From assembly GCA_016288295.1 (NCBI GenBank), contig JAEEYV010000039.1, positions 10,156 to 74,155 of the forward strand: 64,000 nucleotides of DNA, given 5' to 3'. Source of the stretch: Alphaproteobacteria bacterium (GTDB lineage: Bacteria; Pseudomonadota; Alphaproteobacteria; RF32; CAG-239). A program made the translations under genes and the position numbers. Below the pieces are notes generated by a model that saw only the letters and a list, made by a program, of their open reading frames with translations, had not been told where the DNA came from and made no database searches. Below are positions 1 through 9,037 of the stretch, piece by piece. Numbering within the stretch: position 1 is the first letter of the stretch; the number at the start of each line of letters is the position of its first letter.

Positions 1-4
1 TTGG

Positions 5-802
5 TTATCTGTTTCTCCTTCGCCATGCCATAACAGAACGCATTAGCTTAATATCATTGGCATCAACATTAATTTCTTCATTATGTTCTGACTGTTCACG
101 TGCTTTTTCAACTTCCGCCTCAGGCATTACCAAATCTTTATTAGAACCGTTATAATTACGGACTACCCCGACAATATATTTGTTATCTACCCTTCCGTGT
201 ACAAATCTTCCATAGCTTTCCAAAAATTCAAATTCTTCTATCGGCATATCCATAATAACCTGCGTATCGGCATATCGTGAATTATCAAAACAGGCAAAAT
301 CATCTTTTTTCATACTATTCCAAAACTCATCACTGTTCTCATAATAACTTGCCATTGCCGTAATATCCGTATAGCAAGCTCCGCCGACATTTACTTTTGC
401 CACACCGCGATTAAAGACCAAACCAGCATTTAGTATCATACCCACACTTTCGCTCATACAGCGATGTTTTAGCCTTATAAAACCTTCTTTCAGCGGTGGC
501 AACTCTTCTAACCTTGTTGCCACTTCTTTACCACCGGGCGTAAAAAGATGTTTGTTTTCAAAATTTGTTTTAGTATAATGCTTTTCACTATCGCGCTGAT
601 TAATTGAATAAAGTTTTCCGTAATTATCTTCATAAGTTACTTCTTCAATATTTCCCTTATTATCGACCCAACATTTAACATTTGTGGCCTCATATCCCGG
701 CAAGACAAACCTGGCAAATCGTCCGTCTTCTAGTCTTAACCAACGGTCGTGATTTATTACTTTAAATACCTCTGCTTTAACCGATTTAAGTTTTTCTGCC
801 AT
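5..802 (-). CDS. hypothetical protein, 265 aa, Arg-rich C-terminus (MAWRRRNR)
   Basis: Complete ORF in the track (stop at 5-7) with no competing ORF. No family motif recognised. Confidence 0.55.
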   Translation of the reverse strand: MAEKLKSVKAEVFKVINHDRWLRLEDGRFARFVLPGYEATNVKCWVDNKGNIEEVTYEDNYGKLYSINQRDSEKHYTKTNFENKHLFTPGGKEVATRLEELPPLKEGFIRLKHRCMSESVGMILNAGLVFNRGVAKVNVGGACYTDITAMASYYENSDEFWNSMKKDDFACFDNSRYADTQVIMDMPIEEFEFLESYGRFVHGRVDNKYIVGVVRNYNGSNKDLVMPEAEVEKAREQSEHNEEINVDANDIKLMRSVMAWRRRNR

Positions 803-895
803 ACTTCCTCCAACAGATTTCAGTATATCATATTTTCAGTCACAAATCAACAAACTCTTAGCTATTATTTTTCCTTTATTAAAAACAAAAACAAC

Positions 896-924
896 TTGCA
901 AATATCTTTGCAAAAGCTTAAAAT
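896..924 (+). promoter_or_regulatory. putative sigma70-type promoter of the Mur-ligase/LD-carboxypeptidase operon
   Basis: TTGCAA (896-901), 17-nt spacer, TAAAAT (919-924). A GGGAG Shine-Dalgarno precedes the ATG at 951. Confidence 0.4.
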
Positions 925-950
925 AATCGAGTTTATAACGGGAGATAAAG

Positions 951-2315
951 ATGACTAAAGTAGGTTTTTGCGGAATTTCCGGCAGTGGCATGAGCTCACT
1001 TGCTCAAATTTTGAAACTTTCCGGCTATGACGTATGTGGTTCTGACCGCAATTTTGATTTGGGACGAGATTTGACTACCAAAGAAAAAATGGAAAAAATG
1101 GGGATTTCCATATACCCCCAAGACGGCTCATGGATTTCACAGGACCTTCAATGGCTTTGTGCCTCAACTGCTGTAGAAGACAGCATTCCCGATGTTAAAG
1201 CCGCCAAAGAAAAAAATGTTATCATCAAAACCCGTCCTCAGTTATTGGCAGAGACTTTCCACTCCTACCGTTATGGCATTGCTGTCGGTGGCACCAGCGG
1301 CAAAACCACGACCACCGCGATGATTGGCTACATCCTTGACAAAGCCGGCAAAAAACCTTGCATGATTAACGGCGGACTTTTACGCGACTATGAAGGCACC
1401 AGTGCCATTCCTAACATCATTTATAACCGTGGCGAAATTTGTGTTGTTGAAGCTGATGAAAGTAACGGCAGCATTGACTTGTACAATCCTTATATTTCGG
1501 TAATAACCAACATTTCAGTCGATCACAAAACTTTGGATGAGCTTGCGGTTTTGTTCCAGAACTTTGCCAACCGCACCGAAAAAGCTGTTATCATTAATGA
1601 TGACTATGAACTTTGTCGCAAGCTGAAAATCAGCAAACCTGTACTCAGCTTTTCAACCCACAACCCTGCCGCCGATTTTTATGCCTCAGACATAACCCCT
1701 CTCGCCGGTGGTGTACAATACAGCTTTGACGGACATACATATACCCTAAAACTCATCGGGGAATTTAATGTTGCTAACGCTCTTGCCGCCATTGCCACCT
1801 GCTCTGCTATGGGACTGGACAAGCATTCAGCCGCCGAAATCTTACAAAATTTCCACGGCACCAAACGCCGTTTAGAAGTCATCGGGCAAAAAAATAATAT
1901 AACTGTAATTGATGATTTTGCGCACAATCCCGACAAAGTCAGAGCCTCGGTCAGCGCTCTTCGCGGTTATAACGGCAGACTTATTATCATGTTCCAACCA
2001 CATGGGTTTGCCCCAATGCGCTCACTCGGCAAAGAAATAATGACCGAATTCACTCATAATATGAATGATGAAGACATTTTGATAATGCCCGAAATCTTTT
2101 TTGTCGGTGGCACGGTAGCCAAAGACATTTCATCTCAAAATCTGATTGATTATGCCGTAGAGCAAGGCAAAAAGAATGCCTTTTTTGTTCCCAACAAAGC
2201 TGATGCCATGGAAAAAATTTTACAATTTGCCCAATCAGGCGACCGCATAGTAATTATGGGCGCTCGTGATAATTCATTAACCGACTTTTGCCGACAAATA
2301 TTGGAGAAACTATAA
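951..2315 (+). CDS. Mur ligase family protein, MurC/Mpl type (context suggests murein-peptide recycling ligase)
   Basis: N-terminal GISGSGMSSLA Rossmann motif, P-loop GGTSGKTTTT, EADESNGS, DHKT, DDFAHNPDKV. Overlaps an S66 peptidase gene by 1 nt (TAATG). Not located in a dcw cluster. Confidence 0.85.
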   Translation: MTKVGFCGISGSGMSSLAQILKLSGYDVCGSDRNFDLGRDLTTKEKMEKMGISIYPQDGSWISQDLQWLCASTAVEDSIPDVKAAKEKNVIIKTRPQLLAETFHSYRYGIAVGGTSGKTTTTAMIGYILDKAGKKPCMINGGLLRDYEGTSAIPNIIYNRGEICVVEADESNGSIDLYNPYISVITNISVDHKTLDELAVLFQNFANRTEKAVIINDDYELCRKLKISKPVLSFSTHNPAADFYASDITPLAGGVQYSFDGHTYTLKLIGEFNVANALAAIATCSAMGLDKHSAAEILQNFHGTKRRLEVIGQKNNITVIDDFAHNPDKVRASVSALRGYNGRLIIMFQPHGFAPMRSLGKEIMTEFTHNMNDEDILIMPEIFFVGGTVAKDISSQNLIDYAVEQGKKNAFFVPNKADAMEKILQFAQSGDRIVIMGARDNSLTDFCRQILEKL

Positions 2316-3205
2316 TGCACAAAATTAAACCCAGTGACAAAGTAGCCATAATTGCCCCTTGCGGACAAATCGGTAATAAAAGTAAAATTGACCTTGCCTT
2401 AAAATACCTCAAAAGCTTGGGACTAAAACCAGTACTTGGCAAACACTTGTTAAAAGTTCGCCGCTACATGGCCGGAACCGACTTTGAACGCGCCGCTGAT
2501 ATCAATTCTGCCTTTGCCGACAAAAGCATAAAAGCCATATTCTGTGTCCGCGCAGCTGCCGGCGGCACCAGAGTTCTCCCCTATATAGACTATGAACTTG
2601 CACACGCCAATCCTAAGCCGTTTATCGGTTTTTGCGACAATACCGCTGTTCAGTTGGCTCTATATCAAAAAAGCAAACTTGTTTCTTATGATGGTTTTGT
2701 AATGACCTATGATTTTAAGAGCGGATCTCTCGACCAACAGATTAGAACAGATCTTGAAAATCTTCTTAACCATGAACTGTTTGAAATAAAATCCGGCAAA
2801 ACCCTCCAAAAAGGCTCTGCCGAAGGAACCCTGATATGCTCCAACCTTACTGTAATCACACGTATGGCAGGAACTCCTTATTTTCCGGATTTTGCCGACA
2901 AAATTCTGCTGTTGGAAGAAGTCAATGAGCCGGTTTATAAAATTGACCTAATGTTACAACAACTCAAACAACAAAAACACTTTGACAAGCTTAAAGGTGT
3001 TATTTTCGGACAATTTACCGGCTCAAAAGCCGATGAAGAAGATGGCACCCTTGAGGATTGCCTGCACGACTTTTTGCAAGGCACTAATCTTCCGGCGATT
3101 TATGACTTTAATTTCGGACACACACCATCTCGTCGTGTTCTGCCCATCGGCGGCAAAGTTACTCTCAATGCTGACAAGGCTACTCTAAAGATCTTAAAAT
3201 ACTGA
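2315..3205 (+). CDS. S66 family LD-carboxypeptidase homologue (LdcA/MccF-like) with GFCDNT in place of the GxSDxT nucleophile motif
   Basis: Aligns by eye to LdcA blocks: VRAAAGGTRVL, GFCDNT, LLLEEVNEPVYKIDLMLQQL, FNFGHTPSRRVLPIG. Start moved to the ATG at 2315, which overlaps the upstream stop. Confidence 0.8.
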   Translation: MHKIKPSDKVAIIAPCGQIGNKSKIDLALKYLKSLGLKPVLGKHLLKVRRYMAGTDFERAADINSAFADKSIKAIFCVRAAAGGTRVLPYIDYELAHANPKPFIGFCDNTAVQLALYQKSKLVSYDGFVMTYDFKSGSLDQQIRTDLENLLNHELFEIKSGKTLQKGSAEGTLICSNLTVITRMAGTPYFPDFADKILLLEEVNEPVYKIDLMLQQLKQQKHFDKLKGVIFGQFTGSKADEEDGTLEDCLHDFLQGTNLPAIYDFNFGHTPSRRVLPIGGKVTLNADKATLKILKY

Positions 3206-3216
3206 TATAACACAAG

Positions 3217-3254
3217 AAAAGAGGATTGTGCCTGACCTGCACAACCCTCTTTTC
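3217..3254. terminator. bidirectional hairpin between convergent genes
   Basis: aaagaggattgtgc / gcacaaccctcttt stem (one mismatch) with a 6-nt loop, flanked by A/T runs. Confidence 0.6.
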
Positions 3255-3269
3255 TATCAAAAGACACCT

Positions 3270-3554
3270 TTAACGGTTCCAATCCATAATATGTATTCCA
3301 TATTTATCGACAACTGAAATCCCTATAGGAGTCCTACCGTCTTCAGCAAAAGCAATGCGTATCTGTGACCGACTGGTACTATCATTTCCCGGGTGATCAG
3401 CATCCGTGTACAACGCTATCGCACTTGGTTGTACACGTCCACCACGATACACCTCCGCCTCAATATACGGCGACAAAGGAACAATCTCGCTTACCACTCC
3501 ACCACTGCCGATAATTTGCGTCACAGTAGTAACTTCTTTCTTATGTGTAGCCAT
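3270..3554 (-). CDS. hypothetical protein, 94 aa
   Basis: ORF in the track. Preceded by its own copy of a duplicated promoter/leader cassette (3551-3644). Confidence 0.55.
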   Translation of the reverse strand: MATHKKEVTTVTQIIGSGGVVSEIVPLSPYIEAEVYRGGRVQPSAIALYTDADHPGNDSTSRSQIRIAFAEDGRTPIGISVVDKYGIHIMDWNR

Positions 3555-3644
3555 AATAAATACTGATTAATTGTTAGTAATATGAACAAAAATAAAATTA
3601 TATTCGCAACCTAAATCATTTTTATCCAATCGTCAACCATTTTA
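3551..3644 (-). promoter_or_regulatory. promoter plus 5' leader cassette, copy 1
   Basis: On the minus strand: TTGACG, 17-nt spacer, TAGGTT, then a ~55-nt AT-rich leader ending at the ATG. About 94 bp is homologous to 4174-4267, and the 47 nt next to the ATG are nearly identical. Confidence 0.5.
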
Positions 3645-3654
3645 GAACACACCG

Positions 3655-3692
3655 AAACACAAAACCCGCCAAGTCCTCACTCAGCGGGTTTA
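3655..3692 (-). terminator. intrinsic terminator of the 158-aa membrane protein gene
   Basis: Minus strand: AACCCGC, 14-nt loop, GCGGGTT, followed by ttgtgtttcgg. Confidence 0.55.
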
Positions 3693-3700
3693 ATCAAAAG

Positions 3701-4177
3701 CTATTCGGCGCGACATACCTGAATTTTGCCAAAGTAGATTTCAGAAAATTGTACATCCACCTCAAAACACCCTGCTTGCTCACCATTCAGATATACCTGC
3801 ACTGTTTTTCCATCAGCTGTTTCAATATTGCCGACATAATTCACTCCCGATTCGATACATGTACTTCCGATAACTGTCATTTTATATACCTTATCAGCCT
3901 CAAGCCTAGTGCACGGCAGATATGTATACCAAACAGCCAACACCCAAAAATACACGAACAAATACCCCAATATTGCAGGCAACCACTTTTCAGGCAAACC
4001 GCAACAAACGTTGTCATACACAATATATGCGGTCAACAGCGAGAACACCACTGCAAAAAATCGGTTATATACCTTCTTATTAATGCAGAATCTGATTCTC
4101 TGAGAACCATAAACCGCAAAAGCACAAACCAAACACACCAGAAACAAGACGAATCTGGATACATAATAGCCTTCCAT
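3701..4177 (-). CDS. hypothetical membrane protein, 158 aa (about 3 TM segments plus a C-terminal soluble domain)
   Basis: Start set at MEGYYVSRF (ATG at 4175-4177), because the duplicated leader ends exactly there as in copy 1. Hydrophobic N-terminal half. Confidence 0.55.
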   Translation of the reverse strand: MEGYYVSRFVLFLVCLVCAFAVYGSQRIRFCINKKVYNRFFAVVFSLLTAYIVYDNVCCGLPEKWLPAILGYLFVYFWVLAVWYTYLPCTRLEADKVYKMTVIGSTCIESGVNYVGNIETADGKTVQVYLNGEQAGCFEVDVQFSEIYFGKIQVCRAE

Positions 4178-4267
4178 AATAAATATTGATTGATTGTTAG
4201 TAATATAAACAAAAATAAAAACACGCCCACAACCTAGCGTATTTTTATTAATTGTCAATCGTTTTTA
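4174..4267 (-). promoter_or_regulatory. promoter plus 5' leader cassette, copy 2
   Basis: Minus strand: TTGACA, 16-nt spacer, TAGGTT, then a leader homologous to 3551-3644. Confidence 0.5.
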
Positions 4268-4273
4268 CATACA

Positions 4274-4993
4274 TCATCTGGCATTATCGGGATATTCTTT
4301 TCTTTTTGAATTTGATTTTTTTCTACAGGTCATCAAATCATCTATTTTATAGCCTCGTGGGCTTAATTGCACCATATTCCATCCTCCATTTGGTTGCTTG
4401 ACCGCAATTGCCGACAGTATTCCTGCTGTTTGTACTCTTCCCTCTGGCGAAACAAGTTTATCCCCCGGCTTTAACAAAATAAAATATTGTTTAATCGGCA
4501 TTGGAAACTTCAACACATTTAGAGCCTTACCGGCATTTTCTTGCCACATTTTTTCATCAACCTTTTGCCCGTCTTGCGTTATCAATTTTACACCTTTAGC
4601 CCAGTGTAAATTACCATTCCATATTGCCGGTTCAGTATTTTTTGCCCCAAAATCCGCATAATCATACAGTTTTTCAATCATATCCTTAATCCCCTGCGGT
4701 GTTTTATGCCAATCAGGATATTTTTTCAAAACTTCATTAAAATCATTTTCATTATCATAAACAACCAAACAATCACCAGGCATCAGCTTCTGATTTTCAA
4801 ATTCCGGCCCTCTCTCACCTCGTTTCCAACGAGCCAACAAATCAACATCCAAATCATCAGGGTTTGTAAACCCCACAACCTCATCACACGCCGTCGGAAT
4901 AATAATCCTCGCACTTTCAGAAGACATACACACGCCTGCTTTGCCGGATTTTAACTCTTTATCCAACATATCATAGGTATAAATAGTCATCAT
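4274..4993 (-). CDS. hypothetical protein, 239 aa, basic C-terminus (RKKSNSKRKEYPDNAR)
   Basis: ORF in the track with GAGGAA just upstream of ATGATG. No family recognised. Confidence 0.55.
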   Translation of the reverse strand: MMTIYTYDMLDKELKSGKAGVCMSSESARIIIPTACDEVVGFTNPDDLDVDLLARWKRGERGPEFENQKLMPGDCLVVYDNENDFNEVLKKYPDWHKTPQGIKDMIEKLYDYADFGAKNTEPAIWNGNLHWAKGVKLITQDGQKVDEKMWQENAGKALNVLKFPMPIKQYFILLKPGDKLVSPEGRVQTAGILSAIAVKQPNGGWNMVQLSPRGYKIDDLMTCRKKSNSKRKEYPDNAR

Positions 4994-5115
4994 TTCCTCT
5001 CATTTGTTCTCATATCACTATTTTACCCGAAAAATTTCTGGTAATCAAGAAATATCATCCATGAACTACAAGGCAAATACTTGACTTTTTAGATAATTAA
5101 AATATTATCTCATCT

Positions 5116-5769
5116 ATGATTGAAATTGCTTTTGACAAACATTTAGATCCTTTCTTTAAGGAGCAAGAACACCCCTTATTGGATGTACCTGACTTATGCA
5201 ACAAACCCTTTGATGCATACATTTCATATGCACAAAAGGCAATTAAACAGTACCGATCTCAAAAATATTTAATTGCCATATCCGACGACAGTCATTTTGA
5301 CACCAACCTTTTGTCATTAGCATTTTTTATTGCCTCCTGTTTAGATAATCAAAATACTGTTGACTGCCTTGTAATTAAAAATGAAAACTATAAAAAAGCA
5401 TTTGAAAATTACAAACCTTATATTGCTATTTCAATCGGCATCAAATATGCATTGCGCTTGATAAAAGAACCAGCCGATGTTATATATAAAGAACTTAAAT
5501 GTCTTAACTATCTAAATTTTTCAATTAAAGAAGATTGTGTACAAAACACTATATGCTACACTTTCAATTCTCAAAACACATCATATATTACAACAAACAA
5601 TACCTTTGAGGCACTAGTTTATGCCTCACTTTACAAAATTCTTGCTCTGGCAGAAATTGAAATTCCATTTAACCTAAACATTAGAATAACTAGTGATACT
5701 AGAGATATAGATGCTAAAGAAATAATTTCAACTATATTAGAAAAAGTATCACCCTATATTAACATTTAA
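5116..5769 (+). CDS. hypothetical protein, 217 aa
   Basis: ORF in the track. No motif recognised. Confidence 0.5.
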   Translation: MIEIAFDKHLDPFFKEQEHPLLDVPDLCNKPFDAYISYAQKAIKQYRSQKYLIAISDDSHFDTNLLSLAFFIASCLDNQNTVDCLVIKNENYKKAFENYKPYIAISIGIKYALRLIKEPADVIYKELKCLNYLNFSIKEDCVQNTICYTFNSQNTSYITTNNTFEALVYASLYKILALAEIEIPFNLNIRITSDTRDIDAKEIISTILEKVSPYINI

Positions 5770-5774
5770 CTCCT

Positions 5775-6386
5775 TTACCAATCTACTGAACTATAAACCT
5801 TAACTTCATCGGCAATTTTTCTGTATTTTTCTATGTATTCATTCACAAGCGCATACCTTTGCTCGATCATTTTTTTCGGAGTATGCCGTTTCGTAATGGC
5901 TTCCCGAACTTTCACTCTTTCTAATAACGTTTTCAAATCACTTATCACAAAATCAACCCTTGTTTTATATTTCAACTTCTTCAAATTACAAAACAACTCC
6001 AAGTGAGCCAGATTAACCCCACTATGCTCTAGCACTAATTTACATCCACTATCTACAGCTCTGCGCAAAATCTCATACCCGATAACTCTTGCAACAATTT
6101 CATTATTTTGAAATGCTTTCTTACTGCCATATTCTATCAAATCTTTTTGATATGATGGCAAATCCTCCATAATTTTATCAAAACTCAAAAAGCAACCATT
6201 GATTGATTTTTGGCAAAAAGTAGTTTTGCCGGCACCTGGGGCCCCGCTAACTTGTTCAAAAAATCTTTCTTTCGGACACTTACCTAAAAAATCACACACA
6301 ATTTTTTCATATTCTTCACTACGAATATGTTCATAATCATAAGGAATAAGATCCTTAACAGATGGCATCAAATCATATATTTTCAT
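5775..6386 (-). CDS. P-loop kinase, zeta-toxin/AAA_33-like
   Basis: Walker A SGAPGAGKTTF, LVLEHSG block, C-terminal RHTPKKMIEQRY block, as in zeta-toxin-type kinases. About 200 aa. Confidence 0.55.
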   Translation of the reverse strand: MKIYDLMPSVKDLIPYDYEHIRSEEYEKIVCDFLGKCPKERFFEQVSGAPGAGKTTFCQKSINGCFLSFDKIMEDLPSYQKDLIEYGSKKAFQNNEIVARVIGYEILRRAVDSGCKLVLEHSGVNLAHLELFCNLKKLKYKTRVDFVISDLKTLLERVKVREAITKRHTPKKMIEQRYALVNEYIEKYRKIADEVKVYSSVDW

Positions 6387-6740
6387 AATATTGCCTTATA
6401 ACACTTTTTACCTAATTTAGCAAGTACTTCAAACATTATGGGTTAAAGTTTTTTATCCTTATCACACTTATACATAAACAAGAAGTCCTCCAACAGTTAG
6501 CCGGAGGACTTTGTGTTTATAGGTAGCAGGCTATTCTTTGTGCTACAAGGACGTACCATACTAGCACACCAACAAAAAACACCCTTGTCCCAATACACAT
6601 TAATTCTAAAAAAATCAGAAACACAAGTATTTTGACAAAATATAAAAAAATCTAAAAAAATATTGACAAAGATTTAAAAATATGTTACATATACATCTGT
6701 ACAAGTCAGTATTATGTTTCATTATTAAAAGTAAGAATTC

Positions 6741-6986
6741 ATGAAAAAGAAAAAAAAGAAAGGTATGGTGACAAAACTTCGCCTTTTGCCACTGTACTGG
6801 AAAGTAATTGGAACGATTGCTATCTTCGGTGGCGGCGGTTGCTTGGCAAGTCAGTTGGTTACATCAGGGAGCGACGTGGGAGTATTTACAGGCATCATTC
6901 TTGCAGTGCTCGCTCTGTGGTTGCTCATTAACATGTGGCTACCCACAAAGGAGACTAACCCCCCCAAAAAACATCAACACAGTTGA
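6741..6986 (+). CDS. small membrane protein, 81 aa (2 TM), Lys-rich N-terminus
   Basis: ORF in the track, in a visibly G+C-richer patch shared with the downstream SPFH gene. Confidence 0.45.
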   Translation: MKKKKKKGMVTKLRLLPLYWKVIGTIAIFGGGGCLASQLVTSGSDVGVFTGIILAVLALWLLINMWLPTKETNPPKKHQHS

Positions 6987-7032
6987 TAACAATTTCAAAA
7001 AACAATTAAAAACAATTAAAAACAATTTGATC

Positions 7033-7920
7033 ATGAAGAAGAAAAATTTTTTGGTTATGGTTATGGCCATTTTTGTGGTCACAGTTTTCTCGTCGTGCAC
7101 TAGGGTCCCTCAGGGAACATTCGCGACCAAGACCTACGAATACGGAGACAGGAAGGGCGAGGTAGATATTCTTGGCCCAGGGTTGTATGCCAACCATTGG
7201 TTTGGCCGCTTTCACATCTACGTGTACCCCGCCAATGTGCAACAACACAGTTGGGTGAAAAGGAAAGATTCCGATGAACGGATCGCGTTCCAAGCCGAAG
7301 CTATGACGCTCAAGGCCGAAATAAACATCGAGTATGAGTTCTCGACCGTCGATGACGATCGCCGCAAAATGTACGTTTATTTCAAACGTACACCGCAAGA
7401 GATCGAAGAACAATTTATGAAGAAGGATATCGTGTCAGCGTTCAACACAGTATCGCAGACACTATCTGTCGAAGATGTTTATTCGACAAGAAAGGATAGC
7501 GTGAGGATTGCTGTACAGCAGATCGTACGAGACAAATATGCGCCTTACGGAATCCACATCAAAGAAGTAGCATACATGTCGCCCATTGATGTTCCTGAAG
7601 AAGTACGGGAAACGATAAATGCAAAAATTACGGCGACACAAGAGGCACAAAGGCGCGAAAATGAAGTTGCTAGCGAAAGAGCTGAGGCAATGAAAAAAAT
7701 TGAAAGGGCTCGCGGTGAAGCTGAAAGCATTAAAATCGCTGCTCAAGGCCGCGCGGAGGCAATTGACATAGAAGGTGCAGCCTTGCGTCGAAACCCCGAC
7801 ATCCTAAAATTGAAGCGCATCGAAACCCAAGCCATCGCAGCAAAATCAGCAGAAAACTGGAACGACCCAGTATTAGCTGCCGATCAAGCCAGTATTCTGC
7901 TAGGATTGGGTAAAGAGTAA
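7033..7920 (+). CDS. SPFH/band-7 (prohibitin/HflC-like) domain lipoprotein
   Basis: Start set at MKKKNFLV with lipobox VFSSC. SPFH-type core followed by an Ala/Glu/Arg-rich coiled coil (EAQRRENEVASERAEAMKKIERARGEAES). Confidence 0.75.
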   Translation: MKKKNFLVMVMAIFVVTVFSSCTRVPQGTFATKTYEYGDRKGEVDILGPGLYANHWFGRFHIYVYPANVQQHSWVKRKDSDERIAFQAEAMTLKAEINIEYEFSTVDDDRRKMYVYFKRTPQEIEEQFMKKDIVSAFNTVSQTLSVEDVYSTRKDSVRIAVQQIVRDKYAPYGIHIKEVAYMSPIDVPEEVRETINAKITATQEAQRRENEVASERAEAMKKIERARGEAESIKIAAQGRAEAIDIEGAALRRNPDILKLKRIETQAIAAKSAENWNDPVLAADQASILLGLGKE

Positions 7921-7937
7921 CCAAAAAACATTCACTC

Positions 7938-7975
7938 CGAAAGAGCGTTCACCTGAACGCTCTTTCGTTTATTTT
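7938..7975 (+). terminator. intrinsic terminator
   Basis: Perfect 13-bp stem cgaaagagcgttc / gaacgctctttcg, loop acct, then tttatttt. Confidence 0.85.
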
Positions 7976-8292
7976 AAGATTCTCAAAATTTGGAGTATTG
8001 TCCAACTAAACGAGAAAAATCCCTTGTTTCCAATAAGAAAACAACATAGACATCAAACAAAACAAGCCTATTTCAACTATCAAAAACCTACTGAAATATT
8101 TTTTTCTCATCGGCTCATATTTGCGCAAAATTTCAAACAACATCTTTTTCAATGTAACAATCCTAAATATCTTTTTAGATTACTTTAACAAACAAAACAT
8201 AAGGATATAGCCTCACTCCCCCATATTTAATCACCACTTTACTCCAAAAACATTGGCAAATCAATAAAATATCGTTTTTCATAACCTATCCT

Positions 8293-8321
8293 TTGACAAA
8301 CTCTATATCACGGTTTATAAA
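8293..8321 (+). promoter_or_regulatory. near-consensus sigma70 promoter of the CYTH-like gene
   Basis: TTGACA (8293-8298), 17-nt spacer, TATAAA (8316-8321). AGGAAG lies before the ATG at 8356. Confidence 0.55.
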
Positions 8322-8355
8322 ATTAGTATATATCATTGACAAAAGGAAGTCTTTT

Positions 8356-8983
<628 letters not shown>

Positions 8984-8987
8984 CTTC

Positions 8988-9016
8988 AAAACCGCCCACA
9001 ACAGGCGGTTTTTGTT
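8988..9016. terminator. bidirectional intrinsic terminator
   Basis: aaaaccgcc / ggcggtttt stem, 7-nt loop, T-run. Lies between convergent genes. Confidence 0.75.
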
Positions 9017-9037
9017 TGGGCAAAGACAGTAAATGCT

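Noticed and set aside
749-958. 69-aa plus-strand ORF spanning the intergenic region before the Mur ligase gene.
   Set aside because: It overlaps the start of the 5..802 gene and the predicted promoter/RBS of the ligase gene, and its composition is AT-driven.
6440-6600. G+C-richer hairpin-containing segment upstream of the zeta-like kinase gene as a known ncRNA (tmRNA, 6S or tRNA-like).
   Set aside because: I could not fold it into any tRNA-like or tmRNA-like structure, and no conserved ncRNA motifs were recognised. There are only two simple hairpins (agtcctcc/ggaggact and gtagca/tgctac).
6741-6765. A-rich tract (atgaaaaagaaaaaaaagaaagg) as a homopolymeric phase-variation switch.
   Set aside because: The longest uninterrupted run is only 8 A, and the tract is interrupted by G residues. 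It is far weaker evidence than the 41-nt AG tract.
6808-7032. 75-codon N-terminal extension of the SPFH gene in the track ORF (6808..7920).
   Set aside because: It overlaps the 81-aa gene in another frame and has no signal-peptide logic. The internal MKKKNF start gives a canonical lipoprotein signal peptide.
8006-8110. 34-codon hydrophobic minus-strand ORF (MRKKYFSRFLIVEIGLFCLMSMLFSYWKQGIFLV), reminiscent of a type I toxin peptide.
   Set aside because: It has no Shine-Dalgarno sequence, no recognisable promoter and no antisense RNA signature. Such ORFs arise easily by chance in AT-rich spacers.
8293-8355. Longer N-terminus (TTG start at 8293) for the CYTH-like ORF.
   Set aside because: 8293-8298 is TTGACA with a TATAAA box 17 nt downstream, so it reads as a promoter. 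The ATG at 8356 has an AGGAAG RBS and starts the conserved fold.
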